From: a virus
IMG/VR virus record: IMGVR_UViG_3300009157_000003
Span: 6,776 to 70,775 of that record
DNA: 64,000 bases
Reading direction: 5' to 3' (one strand)
The notes under the pieces were generated by a model that saw only the letters and a program-made list of their open reading frames with translations, was not told where the DNA came from and did not search any database. Made by a program: the position numbers and the translations under genes. Shown here in pieces: positions 27,428 through 37,598 of this stretch (position 1 is its first letter; every line of letters begins with the position of its first letter).

Positions 27428-30400
27428 CTAGGCCGACCCACCCGATCGCGCCGCCGCGATCGTCGCATTCGTCATCCCGCGCGTCGGGTCGAGATCATCG
27501 TTTCCAAACGGCTGCCGCAGCACCGGCTCGCCGCCGAGGAAATTCTGCACGGTGATCTGGGTCTCCTCGCGGTACAGCCAGAAGGGTTCCGCCGACGTGA
27601 GGATGTACTTGTACAGGATCCCATTCCGGGGCTGCATCGGGACGAAGCGCTTGATCTTCTGCCCGCCGGTCGAGGGGATCACGTAGGTGTTGGTGACGAC
27701 GGCGCCGGTCGCTTGGTTCAGGGTGATCTCGATGTCGAGCGTAACGTCGGCCGTGGACTTCAGCGTGATCATGCCTTCGACGAGATAGTGGAAGCCGGAC
27801 ATGCCGTGATCGACCTGCTGGGTCTCCCAGCGGGTCAGCGCGAACGGCTCCTCGTCGAAGATCGGGCGGATCGTGTACAGCCGCGACGGGTGAAAGTCGG
27901 ACGGGAAGAACCGGAACACGCGCCCGAGGATCTGCGGGAAGCTCACCTGGACGACGGAGCGCCCGTTCGCCTGCACCTGGATCGTCGTCGAGGTCACGCC
28001 ATCGACCTCGATCGCGACGTCCTTTACTTCGTTGAAGGTGTCGATCTCGAACACGACCCCCTTCAGGTACTTGTCCGCTTGCGTGCCGAGGATCGTGAAC
28101 GGTTGATTCCAGTTCGCCTGCTCGGAGGGCTCCTCGATCAGGTGCCAGCGGTGATCGTAGAGCAGGCCCGGGTTGAGATCGGTCGCGGTGAAATGGAAGA
28201 CGTGCCCGCGGCCCCAGGGGAGCGTGAGGTGCACGACGCGGCGGCCGTTGGCGGTGACGTTCCACCACGCCGCGCCGGTCTCCGGGTTGGTCAGGATGAC
28301 GCCATCGACCTCGACGACGATCGTCTTCGTCTGCCCGTTCGTGTCGCAGTAGAGATCGAGCCCGGTGTAGTACTGATCCCACTTGTTCTCGAAGTGAATG
28401 TCCCACCCGGCGATGCGCGGCGGCTCGGCGACGAAGATCCAATCGGCCCGGTACAGGAGCCACGCGAGGCACTGATCGTCGGGGCGGATCCGGACCATGT
28501 TCGTCGGGACCGCCGCCCACGTGTACTTCTTCTTGTGACGGCCGTCGTGGTTGACGTCGAGCGTCGCGATGGTGGAGATGACGCCGTTGAAATCGCGCTC
28601 GATGATAATCGATCGGGTGATCCCGCCGGTGTCGCAGTCGAGGGTGATCCCGCTGACGTAGCACTCGTCGGGATGGCCGAGGTCGTCCCAGGTGGTGACG
28701 CGGTTGATGGTGAGATCGGGCTGCGGGCTGACCGACGTCCCGACTTGGTACAACTCGGGCGGCGTGGTCGAGGCGGACCACTGAATGCGCGTGGCGACGG
28801 ATCGCGCACGCTGCGGCCCGTTCAGATCGCCGTAGAAGGAGTCGAGGATCGCGCGCTTGCGTCCGGCGGCCGCGGTGAGCGTCTGCGGGTTGTTCGTGAC
28901 CGCGAGCCCGTTCAGCGAGTTGGTGATCGTCAACTCGATGTCGTGCGAGTCGAGGTCGAGGATCTGATCGCCGAGCAGCTTCTCCTCGCGCGGGCGGCCG
29001 TAGTCTTCCGATCGCGTTTGGAGATCGACCTCGATGGGATCGCCGTCGTCGCTGTCGCCTTCGTTCGTGTAGAAATCCCCGCCGTTGTTCTCCCCGAGGA
29101 TCAGGTGCATGTCGTCGGGGTCGGTCGTCTCGGCGTACAGCGCGGCGTTCGGACGGCTAAAGGTGGCGTGCCGCCACTGCTTCGCCTCGACACAGAGGAT
29201 GAGGACCTGCCGCTCGCCGCCGGTGTCCTGGTAGCCGAACCACAACTCGCGGCGGTACACCGTGAGGCGGATCGCGGTCGGCACCGTGAGATTGATCGGC
29301 AGGAGCCCGTGCACGCTCTCCCCACGGAAGAGCGGCTCGATCTCGTCGGAGAGGCAGGATTCGGGGCCGCCGCCGGTCGCGTAGATGCCGTCGGTCGCGA
29401 CGATGAACATCGCGCCCATGCCGACGGCGAGACCCCAGCGGGAGGCGAGCCCGCGCTGGCACGCGCTCGGCGCGGACGTGATCCCGCGGCCGCCCGAGAG
29501 ATTCGGGTAGATGGTGTACCCGCGGTCGCGACTGAAGACGTACGGCTGGCCGCCGTACACACACCCGCTCATCAGTTCTTCGGACGGCGAGCAGACCTCA
29601 TCGACGAGATCCGGCGGCCAGTGATCGGGCTCATCAGGAATGCAGGCGTACAAGTGGCCGGGGCGATGCGGATCGCCGAGCGCGAACAGCATCCCGTTTA
29701 CCGGCCCGAAGAGGATCGGCACCGGTTGCGCGAGGACCGTGGTCCCGGCGTCATCGACGGTCGCCACGGGTTGGAAGTGATCGATCTCCAGGGTCGCGGA
29801 CGCTTCGATCGTTGTATCCGTTTCGTTGTCGGTGAACGTCCCGCCGTCGCTCGTGTTCACCCCGGCGAAGCCCCAGTCGGTGACGAACGTGCCGCCGCGG
29901 CGATAGAAGCGCTGGCGGATCGCGCTGTCGCCGAAGGCCGCGGGATCGACGATGATGCCGCGCCGCAGGCTGTCCTGCCAGAGGCTCTCGGCCATGATCG
30001 GCGACGGGTTGCCCTCGGCGCCGGTGCGCGGATCGTAGTTGGTGTAGCGGTAGTCGTACGACTGACTCGCCGGATCCATCGTGTCCGGGCCGCGGCCGCC
30101 GGTCAGATAAATATCCGCGAGGGTGACGGCGACGGCTTCGTCCGCCCCGTTCGCCGCCTGGATGTACAGGATCAAGCCGGTGACCGTGCTCCAGTTGCGC
30201 GACGCGGAGCCGCCGAAGCGCTGGAAGTCCCCGCGGCGGAGCGGGATCCCCACCTTGCCGAACTCGACGAACTCGGCCGCGGCGCCGCCCGCTTGCGCGG
30301 ATTTGGATCGCGCCGGATCGCGCTGCGCCATGAACGCCGAATTGGCGCGCTTGACCGCTTTGCCGGTGACCTCGGCGAACCCGCGCAGGCGCGACTGCTG

Positions 30401-31417
30401 ATTGAGCGCTTCCTGCCGGATCCCCTTGATGCGTGCGGTCTCGGCGGTGGTGATCTGCGACTGCCGCTTGCCGATGACGTCGGTGAAGTCTTCGGGCCGG
30501 AAGGACTTCACGTAGAACTCGTCGTTGACGTCGGTCTCGGTACCCGGCAGGACCGACGTCGAGAACACCGACGAGACGACGAAGTACAGCCGGAACTCCG
30601 CGATCATCCACGGCGGCACGTACCGGCAGATCAGGTGAATGATGTCGTCGTCGGTCGCCGGGAGCGCGCCCACCAGATCGAGGTTGCGTGTGAGATCGAT
30701 CCCGAAGAACGACCAGTACCCATTCTTCGCGTCGAGCGCGGCGCCGGGGTTGAGCGTGAACTCGCCCGCGGTCGGGCCGCCCGTCGGGACGTCGGTATCG
30801 ACCGGCGGGTCGGAGTAGTTCGTCCCGGCGTTGGGCGTCCACGCGGCGGAGTTGGTGCCGTCGCTCGCGGTGATCGTCGCGATCATCGTCTTGTTCTCGG
30901 CGGCCAGCGTGGTGGTGGCGGCGACGGTCGGCGCCGGGAGGCCAATCTCCAGGTCGAGCCCATCGGCGCGCACTTTTCGCATGCGATCCGAATCCGCGAC
31001 GAACGTCCAGGGATCCCCACTGAGCGGCGGCCGGTGCGGGAGGAGCGTCAGGGGATCGCCGGAGTACCCGGCGTCGATCTGCGTGAGCGCGCCGCTCGCG
31101 CCGATGTAGAGCGCGCTGTCCACGCCCCACACGCGCGTGAAGTTTCCGGCTTCCGGATCGTTCATCCGGATCACCGAGTGCGCGACGAGGCCGCCCGTGG
31201 TGGCGATGTTCGTGAGCCCCGAGCGCCCGGTGAGCTTGCCGGATCCCGGGTCGTAGTAGACGTTGGTGAGGATCGAGTACTGCCCGGGCTGGAGCTTCTC
31301 GGTGTCCGCGACGAGATTCAGCCCGCCGACCCCGAAGACGAAGACGGGGGTCTCAAACGGCGTGTCGATGCCGGTCGAGACGATCGGGCGTCCCGGCGCA
31401 GACTGTTGCTCGGGCAT
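27428..31417 (-). CDS. Tail hub/nozzle protein (P22 gp10/T7 gp12-like) with extra domains
   Basis: GGLN..D...L..GQ.....N......G.L..R.G N-terminus, beta-rich, 1329 aa; synteny. Confidence 0.75.
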   Translation of the reverse strand: MPEQQSAPGRPIVSTGIDTPFETPVFVFGVGGLNLVADTEKLQPGQYSILTNVYYDPGSGKLTGRSGLTNIATTGGLVAHSVIRMNDPEAGNFTRVWGVDSALYIGASGALTQIDAGYSGDPLTLLPHRPPLSGDPWTFVADSDRMRKVRADGLDLEIGLPAPTVAATTTLAAENKTMIATITASDGTNSAAWTPNAGTNYSDPPVDTDVPTGGPTAGEFTLNPGAALDAKNGYWSFFGIDLTRNLDLVGALPATDDDIIHLICRYVPPWMIAEFRLYFVVSSVFSTSVLPGTETDVNDEFYVKSFRPEDFTDVIGKRQSQITTAETARIKGIRQEALNQQSRLRGFAEVTGKAVKRANSAFMAQRDPARSKSAQAGGAAAEFVEFGKVGIPLRRGDFQRFGGSASRNWSTVTGLILYIQAANGADEAVAVTLADIYLTGGRGPDTMDPASQSYDYRYTNYDPRTGAEGNPSPIMAESLWQDSLRRGIIVDPAAFGDSAIRQRFYRRGGTFVTDWGFAGVNTSDGGTFTDNETDTTIEASATLEIDHFQPVATVDDAGTTVLAQPVPILFGPVNGMLFALGDPHRPGHLYACIPDEPDHWPPDLVDEVCSPSEELMSGCVYGGQPYVFSRDRGYTIYPNLSGGRGITSAPSACQRGLASRWGLAVGMGAMFIVATDGIYATGGGPESCLSDEIEPLFRGESVHGLLPINLTVPTAIRLTVYRRELWFGYQDTGGERQVLILCVEAKQWRHATFSRPNAALYAETTDPDDMHLILGENNGGDFYTNEGDSDDGDPIEVDLQTRSEDYGRPREEKLLGDQILDLDSHDIELTITNSLNGLAVTNNPQTLTAAAGRKRAILDSFYGDLNGPQRARSVATRIQWSASTTPPELYQVGTSVSPQPDLTINRVTTWDDLGHPDECYVSGITLDCDTGGITRSIIIERDFNGVISTIATLDVNHDGRHKKKYTWAAVPTNMVRIRPDDQCLAWLLYRADWIFVAEPPRIAGWDIHFENKWDQYYTGLDLYCDTNGQTKTIVVEVDGVILTNPETGAAWWNVTANGRRVVHLTLPWGRGHVFHFTATDLNPGLLYDHRWHLIEEPSEQANWNQPFTILGTQADKYLKGVVFEIDTFNEVKDVAIEVDGVTSTTIQVQANGRSVVQVSFPQILGRVFRFFPSDFHPSRLYTIRPIFDEEPFALTRWETQQVDHGMSGFHYLVEGMITLKSTADVTLDIEITLNQATGAVVTNTYVIPSTGGQKIKRFVPMQPRNGILYKYILTSAEPFWLYREETQITVQNFLGGEPVLRQPFGNDDLDPTRGMTNATIAAARSGGSA

Positions 31418-31432
31418 AGGGCCGCCCGTAGT

Positions 31433-32101
31433 CTACGACGACCAGCCGGTCAAGAGAATCTCGGCGATCTCCTGGCCGAGGACGTAGCGCTGTTCGCAGT
31501 ACTGGGCGCGCTCGGGGGATTTGCCCCGGCCGTCCTTCCCGAAGAGGTCCGCGAGGGTGCCGTACTTGCTCGCCGCGGCGGTGAATTCGGCGACGCAGTT
31601 GATCTCGATCCCCGAGCCGTCGAGGTCCTCGCCCTGCGCGACGTACAGGAGTTCGAGCGTGCCGGGGACGTCGGGCGGCGGCGCGATCTTCACCTGAAGG
31701 ACGGGCGAGTCGTAGTCCAGGTAGTACCCCGGCGTGCCGTAGGTGTTCGGCCACAGGGGCTCGCCGTGATCGAGTTCGAAGCTGTCGGCGCGGACGAGCG
31801 AGCGAATGGTCCCGTCGTCGCCGCGCCACACGAGATCGGCGGTGAGGAGCCAGTCCTGCGGGAGCGTGACGACGGAGGTACCCACCGGGACCTTCGGCAC
31901 GGGCGATCCGCCTTGCGGCAGGAGCGGCAACTGCGCGACGGAGATCAGCAGCTTGGTCTGCTTGAGGAAGCGATTGGTGCGCTCGTTCAGCCGGTGGAGG
32001 ACTTCGGCGGCGGTCCACAGACCGGACGGGAACGTGGCGCCCTGATCGCGCGGTTCGAGCAGGACCGATTGGATCTCGTCGAGGATCTGCGCGTCGGTCA
32101 T
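31433..32101 (-). CDS. Head-tail adaptor/ring protein 3
   Basis: WT.AE....LNE, LPQDWL, I.PPPD....LELLY pattern. Confidence 0.7.
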   Translation of the reverse strand: MTDAQILDEIQSVLLEPRDQGATFPSGLWTAAEVLHRLNERTNRFLKQTKLLISVAQLPLLPQGGSPVPKVPVGTSVVTLPQDWLLTADLVWRGDDGTIRSLVRADSFELDHGEPLWPNTYGTPGYYLDYDSPVLQVKIAPPPDVPGTLELLYVAQGEDLDGSGIEINCVAEFTAAASKYGTLADLFGKDGRGKSPERAQYCEQRYVLGQEIAEILLTGWSS

Positions 32102-32808
32102 GATCGCGTGCCTGGGAGCGTCACCGGCTCGGTCGGCACGGTGAGGCGTTTCAACTGCCGGTTATCGAGCCCCATGAACGTACGGTACATCTGACTCGCT
32201 TTGATCAGGCCATTCTCCTCGGCGGCCGCGGCGAGGAACGCGCGGAAGTACGGCGCGGACGCCTGGAACCAGACGCCGCCCTTCGAGAGCGACAGGACGT
32301 GCAGGCAGTAGCCGAGCAGGGTCGAGATATCCGCCTCGGCGAGATCCACGAAGGATCCGTCGAGGAGGAGCACCGGCGTGTCGGCGACGCCTTCGACCGT
32401 GAGCGCGTTGTGCCCGAGCGCGTCCGCGGGCCAGATGTAGACGGAGCGGAGCGAGAGCGGGCACCACAGCATCGGCCGCGTCGGGACGGATCCGCCGGTG
32501 GCGGTCGTCTCCTGGCGCCAGCGCGGGCGGCCGTTATTGAGATCCTCCCGCGTCGTCGAGGACATCGGCTTCGTGTTGAAGCTGATCCGCATGCGGTAGA
32601 GGATCGCGTTCGGGAGCGAGTACTCGTACGCCGCGGGGTTGGTTGGGAGGACGACCGTCTGCCGCCAGCGGCCGGTGAGCGCGTTCCACTCGCGGAGGGC
32701 TTCGTTGATCGCGTCGTTGGCTTCGGTGACGGACCACCAGGGCACACCCTCGTACATCTCCTGGAGACGGGCGCGGAGTTGGGCGCGGGTGATCTGGGTG
32801 TACGGCAC
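32098..32808 (-). CDS. Head-tail adaptor/ring protein 2
   Basis: TRAQLRARL, WS..E.NDAINEA, YSLP, IWP.D pattern. Confidence 0.7.
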   Translation of the reverse strand: MPYTQITRAQLRARLQEMYEGVPWWSVTEANDAINEALREWNALTGRWRQTVVLPTNPAAYEYSLPNAILYRMRISFNTKPMSSTTREDLNNGRPRWRQETTATGGSVPTRPMLWCPLSLRSVYIWPADALGHNALTVEGVADTPVLLLDGSFVDLAEADISTLLGYCLHVLSLSKGGVWFQASAPYFRAFLAAAAEENGLIKASQMYRTFMGLDNRQLKRLTVPTEPVTLPGTRS

Positions 32809-32811
32809 CGG

Positions 32812-33978
32812 TTACGACCCCGGCAGCGACCCGAAGGTCAGCAGGCCGCGGCTGTACTTCCACTGCCGAATCGCGGCGGCCTGGGTGTAGATGTAGTGCG
32901 ACATGCCGATCGCCTGCGTCGTCGTCGGCAGCGTCGTCGAGACCTGGACCTCGGCGCCGCCGTTGATCGAGCAGAAGACGGCGGTCCCGGCGGACGCGAC
33001 GCGAATCTTGAAGCGGTACGCAGTCGAGGCGGCGATCGCCGCGATGTCCGCGCTCACCGTCTGTCCGGATCCATCGCCGGTGACGCACTTGAAGCCGGTG
33101 TCGCTCGCGGTGGTGGAGTACCGGATGGCGACGAACTGCTTGGTCGGGGATTGCGTGTCGGTGTCGGTCCAGTTGACCGACGTCAGTCCTTGCCACCAGC
33201 GGATCGACGTGAGGGTGTCGGGCGAGCGCGCGATCCATTCGTAGGTCGGATCCCACCGCGTCTGCGCCTGATTGGTCGTCGCGGGCATCGCGAGGTTCCC
33301 GGCGGTCCCGGCGGAGGCTTGCGACGCGAGATCCACGTACGGATTGTCCGCTTGGTTCGAGAGCGTCGCGCTGAAGCCCTGGACGAGGCTCGTGATCGCG
33401 ACGAGGTACCCGGACGCGACGACCTGCGCGGTCCCCGAGGAGTCGGTCAGGTAGAACGAGATCGATCGGCGACCCACGCCGAACGCCAGCGCGCTGGGGT
33501 CGCCGGTCGGTGCCTTCCACGTGCCGTCGCCGAACCACGCGGTCGCGGACGTCGCGCCGCTGCCGCTGTTCAAATTAGTGACGGGGAGATTCCCGGTAAC
33601 CTGCGTCGCGAGACTCACCTGTCCGGCCGAGAGCACGCCGGAGGTCAGGAGCGCGACACCGGATCCGGTCGCGCGTTTGAGGATCGCGCCGGTGATCCCG
33701 TTGTAGAGCGCGACTTCGCCATCGACGGAGACGCCCGGGCCGGTGACGCCGCCCGCCGCCGGGACCTGTGTCCAGGTGTTCGTGGTGATGCACTGATAGA
33801 GGCCCGCGGACGCGCCGGTCTTGAAGAAGATCGACCGGATCGTGCACGTCGCCGGGAGCGTGCCGGAGCCGGGGACGACCATCGCGGGGTTCTGCGCGAG
33901 GAGGATCCCCGCGAAGAGCGCGAAGAGGGTCGCGACGAACGTGATCGCCACCGCGTGCCGCATGATCAAGCGTCCCAT
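32812..33978 (-). CDS. Tail fibre-like protein with predicted signal peptide (start 33978 or 33963)
   Basis: MRHAVAITFVATLFALFAGILLA-QN leader; GGVTGP.SVDG..A.YNG.TG, LPVTNLNSG, GDGTW fibre motifs; lectin-like C-terminus. Confidence 0.7.
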   Translation of the reverse strand: MGRLIMRHAVAITFVATLFALFAGILLAQNPAMVVPGSGTLPATCTIRSIFFKTGASAGLYQCITTNTWTQVPAAGGVTGPGVSVDGEVALYNGITGAILKRATGSGVALLTSGVLSAGQVSLATQVTGNLPVTNLNSGSGATSATAWFGDGTWKAPTGDPSALAFGVGRRSISFYLTDSSGTAQVVASGYLVAITSLVQGFSATLSNQADNPYVDLASQASAGTAGNLAMPATTNQAQTRWDPTYEWIARSPDTLTSIRWWQGLTSVNWTDTDTQSPTKQFVAIRYSTTASDTGFKCVTGDGSGQTVSADIAAIAASTAYRFKIRVASAGTAVFCSINGGAEVQVSTTLPTTTQAIGMSHYIYTQAAAIRQWKYSRGLLTFGSLPGS

Positions 33979-34319
33979 TAGTAGATCACCTGCGCGAGCA
34001 CGACTTGCGTGCCGTTGTCGTCGATGAAGAGGGTGACGGTGCGATTCGGCGAAACCCCGACGATGCTCACCTGGAGATCGTCGGCGTCGAGGACGTCGCC
34101 GGGGATCAGCACCCCGCCCACCACGACGTCGAACGGGCCATTGTCGTCGTCGGCCCAGAAGGTGTACGCGCCGGTGAATTGATCGGCGGTGAACGGATTG
34201 GCGAGCGGGGTTTGATCGGCGTCGGCGAAGATCGTCGCAAAATTCTGGGTCCCGGCGAGGAAGACCGACAGCGTCGTGCCGGGCGACGGGGCGATCCCGG
34301 AGTACTGCTGCAAGGCCAT
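33978..34319 (-). CDS. Fibre/tailspike head-binding (adaptor) domain protein
   Basis: V.LAGT...ATIFAD....PLANPFTAD..G.YTFW motif. Confidence 0.7.
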   Translation of the reverse strand: MALQQYSGIAPSPGTTLSVFLAGTQNFATIFADADQTPLANPFTADQFTGAYTFWADDDNGPFDVVVGGVLIPGDVLDADDLQVSIVGVSPNRTVTLFIDDNGTQVVLAQVIY

Positions 34320-34332
34320 CGGATCCTCCGGA

Positions 34333-34629
34333 CTACTTCCCCTTCTCGACCGTCGCGGCGGGGAGCGACGGCGGCGGCGGCCCCGGGGGCGGCGCGACCT
34401 GAATCCGTCCCGTGTTGATCAGGTTGACGATCTCCTGCTGCACCGCGTGATCCGCGTGATGCGTCAGGTGATCTTCGAACAGGTGCCAGACGCCCCCGGC
34501 GATCGCGAACCCGATCGCGCCGAGGATCATGATGCCGAGCCGCCCGCGCCAGTCTACATAGCGGCGCGGATGGAGCGGCCCGGTCCGCGCCTGGATGACG
34601 TCGTCGCCGGGGGGCGTGGGCTCGGGCAT
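34333..34629 (-). CDS. Small single-TM membrane protein
   Basis: LGIMILGAIGFAIAGGVW segment; lies between fibre genes. Confidence 0.55.
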   Translation of the reverse strand: MPEPTPPGDDVIQARTGPLHPRRYVDWRGRLGIMILGAIGFAIAGGVWHLFEDHLTHHADHAVQQEIVNLINTGRIQVAPPPGPPPPSLPAATVEKGK

Positions 34630-34632
34630 AAA

Positions 34633-36369
34633 TTAGGTGACGATGATACACCGGCCGATGTAGCTGGTCCCGTCGTAGAGGAACGAGCAGACGTCCTTCG
34701 AGCCCGCGGGCGTGGAGAGGGTTGGCGCCGCGCCGCCTTCCCAGATCACCGTCACCGGCCACGTCACGGTGCGCGAGCCGGTCGCATCCTGCACGAGTTG
34801 GAGCGTGAACCACGTGCCCGCGGCCGTCGGCGCCGCGAAGGTGATCGTCGCCGTGTCGGTCAGGGTGGTCTTCTGGACCATCCCGTTCGTCCAGGTGATC
34901 GTGACGGCGGTCGAGGAGTTCCCCGCGTCGAAGAACCCGACGTTGAAGATCCCGGTCGTGGTGATGACCGCGGTGCCGCCCGCGCCGGTGCCGAGGCCGA
35001 TGCGCGCCCACTGCGGGGTGGACGCGGTCGCGATCGCCTGCGGGAGCGCGAGGGTGATCGACCCGGCGCCGTTCGTGACGAGGACTTGGTTGGCGGTGCC
35101 GGTGAGCGTCGCCAGGGTGTACCCGGCGCCGTTGCCGATCAGGAGCGTCCCGTTCGCCGCCGCCGAGCCATCGACGCCCGTGCCGCCACGCGCCGCGATC
35201 AAGGTGTTGATCGTCGCATCGGTGTCGGTGAGATCGACGGCGCCCCAGGCGTACGTGGCGGCGCCGGTGACGCGGAGGACCTGCCCGACGGTCGAGGAGT
35301 TGGTGATGACGGTGACCGCGCCCACCCCGTTCCCCTGAAGCAGGCCGGTGAGCGTCGCGGCGCCGGTGCCCCCGTTCGCCACGGGGAGAACGCCGCTGAC
35401 ATCGGTCGTGAGCACCACCGCACCGAAGGTGGGCGCGCCCGCCGCATTGCCGTGCAGGACCTGCACCGTCGTCCCGAGCGAGCCGACGATCGTCGGGCAG
35501 ACGCCCGCGCCGCCGCCGAGGACGATCCGGCTGGCGGTCAGCGCGGACGAGGACGTGATCGTCGTCGCCGCGGTGAAGCAGGGGACGCCGCCGCTCGTAC
35601 CGCTGGCGATCCCGAGCCCACCATTGGGGACCGGTAGGGTACCGGAAACATCAGCGGTGAGGCTGACAGCGCCGAACGTCGGCAGGCCCGCGGCGTTGCC
35701 GTGCAGGACCGTCGTAGTCGTGCCGAGAGACGCAACCACGTTTGGAGCGACGCCTGCTCCTCCGCCCACCACAAGGCGATTAGCCGTAAGCGCAACCGAC
35801 GAGACAATCGTGCCCGAAGCAGTGAAGGCAAGGATCCCTCCTGACGTGCCGCTGCTCACCCCGGTGCCGCCGTTCGCGACGGGGAGAATCCCGCTGACGC
35901 CGGTGAGCGGGATGAGCGGGAGATCGGCGGCGACCAGCGTACGGAACGTCGGCGTCGCCGGAGCCCCACCGGTCGGCCCGACGAACACGGTGTTCGCGGA
36001 CTGTGTCGCGAGGGTGAGCGTGAGCGTCCCGGCGCTGATCACCGGCGAGCCCGAGACGGTGAAGATCGCGGGCGCCGCCAAGCCGACCGAGGTGACGGTG
36101 CCGACCCCGCTGACCAAGCCGACGGCGACGCCATTCCAGAAGAGCGCGCCGCCGACGTTGTACAGGCGATTGGCGGTGGTGCCCGGCGGGACCGCGCCGT
36201 TCTCCAGGGCGAGCCCGACGGCGCGGTCGAAGGTCTGCACCCCCGTCCACTCGTTGTCGCGTGTGAGGAGCCGGAGGACCTGCTGCGAGAGATCCTGGCG
36301 GGCGCCCAGCGTGAACGTCCCCGCGATCATCCCGACCACGACGGCGAGTACGATCGTCCGGATCTTCAT
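34633..36369 (-). CDS. Tail fibre-like protein with LPVANGGTG repeats and predicted signal peptide
   Basis: GGAGG SD; MKIRTIVLAVVVGMIAGTFTLGA leader; GTVTSVGL, VSG.LPV.NGG.G repeats, QDATGSRTVTWP C-terminal domain. Confidence 0.8.
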   Translation of the reverse strand: MKIRTIVLAVVVGMIAGTFTLGARQDLSQQVLRLLTRDNEWTGVQTFDRAVGLALENGAVPPGTTANRLYNVGGALFWNGVAVGLVSGVGTVTSVGLAAPAIFTVSGSPVISAGTLTLTLATQSANTVFVGPTGGAPATPTFRTLVAADLPLIPLTGVSGILPVANGGTGVSSGTSGGILAFTASGTIVSSVALTANRLVVGGGAGVAPNVVASLGTTTTVLHGNAAGLPTFGAVSLTADVSGTLPVPNGGLGIASGTSGGVPCFTAATTITSSSALTASRIVLGGGAGVCPTIVGSLGTTVQVLHGNAAGAPTFGAVVLTTDVSGVLPVANGGTGAATLTGLLQGNGVGAVTVITNSSTVGQVLRVTGAATYAWGAVDLTDTDATINTLIAARGGTGVDGSAAANGTLLIGNGAGYTLATLTGTANQVLVTNGAGSITLALPQAIATASTPQWARIGLGTGAGGTAVITTTGIFNVGFFDAGNSSTAVTITWTNGMVQKTTLTDTATITFAAPTAAGTWFTLQLVQDATGSRTVTWPVTVIWEGGAAPTLSTPAGSKDVCSFLYDGTSYIGRCIIVT

Positions 36370-37598
36370 CAGGGACCTCCGATGACGCCCGCGGGACCTT
36401 GGAGCCCGATCCCGGTGTGTCGCACCGTCCAGGTGCCCGCGGCGTCGCGCGCCACGATGATACTCGTGGTCGCCGCCCCGGGGATCACCGAGACGAAGAG
36501 TTGGTTGTTCCAGACGACGGGCGTGCCCAGGCCGCCGCCGGTCGGCACGCCGAACGTCACCTTGAGGTTGACGTCGGTGACCCAGCCCGCGCCGGTGAAC
36601 CGCAGGACCTTGTTCGTCTGCGGGTCGGAGTACTGGACGAAGAGTTGCCCGTTGAATTCGATGAACCGGCCGAAGAAGCCGTTGGTCGGGTCGCTGCCGC
36701 CGCCGTCGGTGAAGAGGTTGGCGTTGGCGGAGATTTGGAGCGCGCCGAACGGCTGCGGGATCTGGAACGGGAACGTCAGGATGAGCGAGACCGCGACCGA
36801 CGGCGGGATGTTGGCGACGGCGTAGAAGAGCGCATCGGCCGACGGGCTGTAGAACAGTTCGCCGAGGTTGCCGAGGTCGCCGCGCTCGTAGAACTTCTGC
36901 CACTGCGGCGGCGGCGCGGGCGCCGTGTCGATGAGCCAGCGGTAGACCCACGCGGCCGTGAGCACCGTCGTCCCATGCAGCGCCATGTAGAGGAGATCGC
37001 CGAACCACGCGAGCGAGGATCCGCGGACGTCCACCGGCGCTTCGGATCGCGGATCGCCGTACGGGGTGAGCACGCTCCCGGCGGGCGTGAAGCTGTACAC
37101 CTGATTGTCGGTGTTCGCGATGCGGATGATCAGGTACAACTCGCCGGTGCGGACGACGGTGCCGCCTGCGAGTGTGGCCGCCAGCGCGCCGGGAAAGGCC
37201 GCGACCCGCACTACTTCCCCATCGGCATCGTTGTAGCTGACGAGTTGCGGCGCCGCCGAATCGGTGTCGCCCTTCGTGAGGAAGTAGAACGTCCCGCTGA
37301 TCTGCGCGGTCGAGAAGCGCGAGATCCCTGCGCCGCCGGTGCCGATCAACCCCGCGCGCGTGATCGACGGGAACGGGACGAAGGTGAAGCCGTCGGCGGA
37401 AGTGAGCCACTTCGCGCCGCCGACCGGGAACGCGGGCTGGAGCGCGAAGACGAGCACGCCCAGGCCGCTGGGGGGACCGCCCGGCGGGACCCCGGGGATC
37501 GACGGCGGCGTGTCGCCCCCAGTCTCACAGTTGCCGCCCGGCGCGCCCGGCGAGAACGGCGGCGCGCAGGCGGCGAGGGGATCAGTGACCGGTGACAC
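36369..37598 (-). CDS. Putative beta-propeller virion protein
   Basis: Beta-rich repeats (L..F.D.LY, F.EFNGQLF, VWNNQLF); lies in the structural operon. Confidence 0.55.
   Translation of the reverse strand: MSPVTDPLAACAPPFSPGAPGGNCETGGDTPPSIPGVPPGGPPSGLGVLVFALQPAFPVGGAKWLTSADGFTFVPFPSITRAGLIGTGGAGISRFSTAQISGTFYFLTKGDTDSAAPQLVSYNDADGEVVRVAAFPGALAATLAGGTVVRTGELYLIIRIANTDNQVYSFTPAGSVLTPYGDPRSEAPVDVRGSSLAWFGDLLYMALHGTTVLTAAWVYRWLIDTAPAPPPQWQKFYERGDLGNLGELFYSPSADALFYAVANIPPSVAVSLILTFPFQIPQPFGALQISANANLFTDGGGSDPTNGFFGRFIEFNGQLFVQYSDPQTNKVLRFTGAGWVTDVNLKVTFGVPTGGGLGTPVVWNNQLFVSVIPGAATTSIIVARDAAGTWTVRHTGIGLQGPAGVIGGP

Noticed and set aside
27266-32194. 1642-aa + strand ORF (also 46639-49080, 50317-53160, 9416-11257 and similar)
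   Set aside because: These are antisense shadows of real genes, caused by high GC3; they have no motifs or translation signals
34633-36369. Diversity-generating retroelement acting on fibre repeats
   Set aside because: No reverse transcriptase in the window and no adenine-specific TR/VR pair
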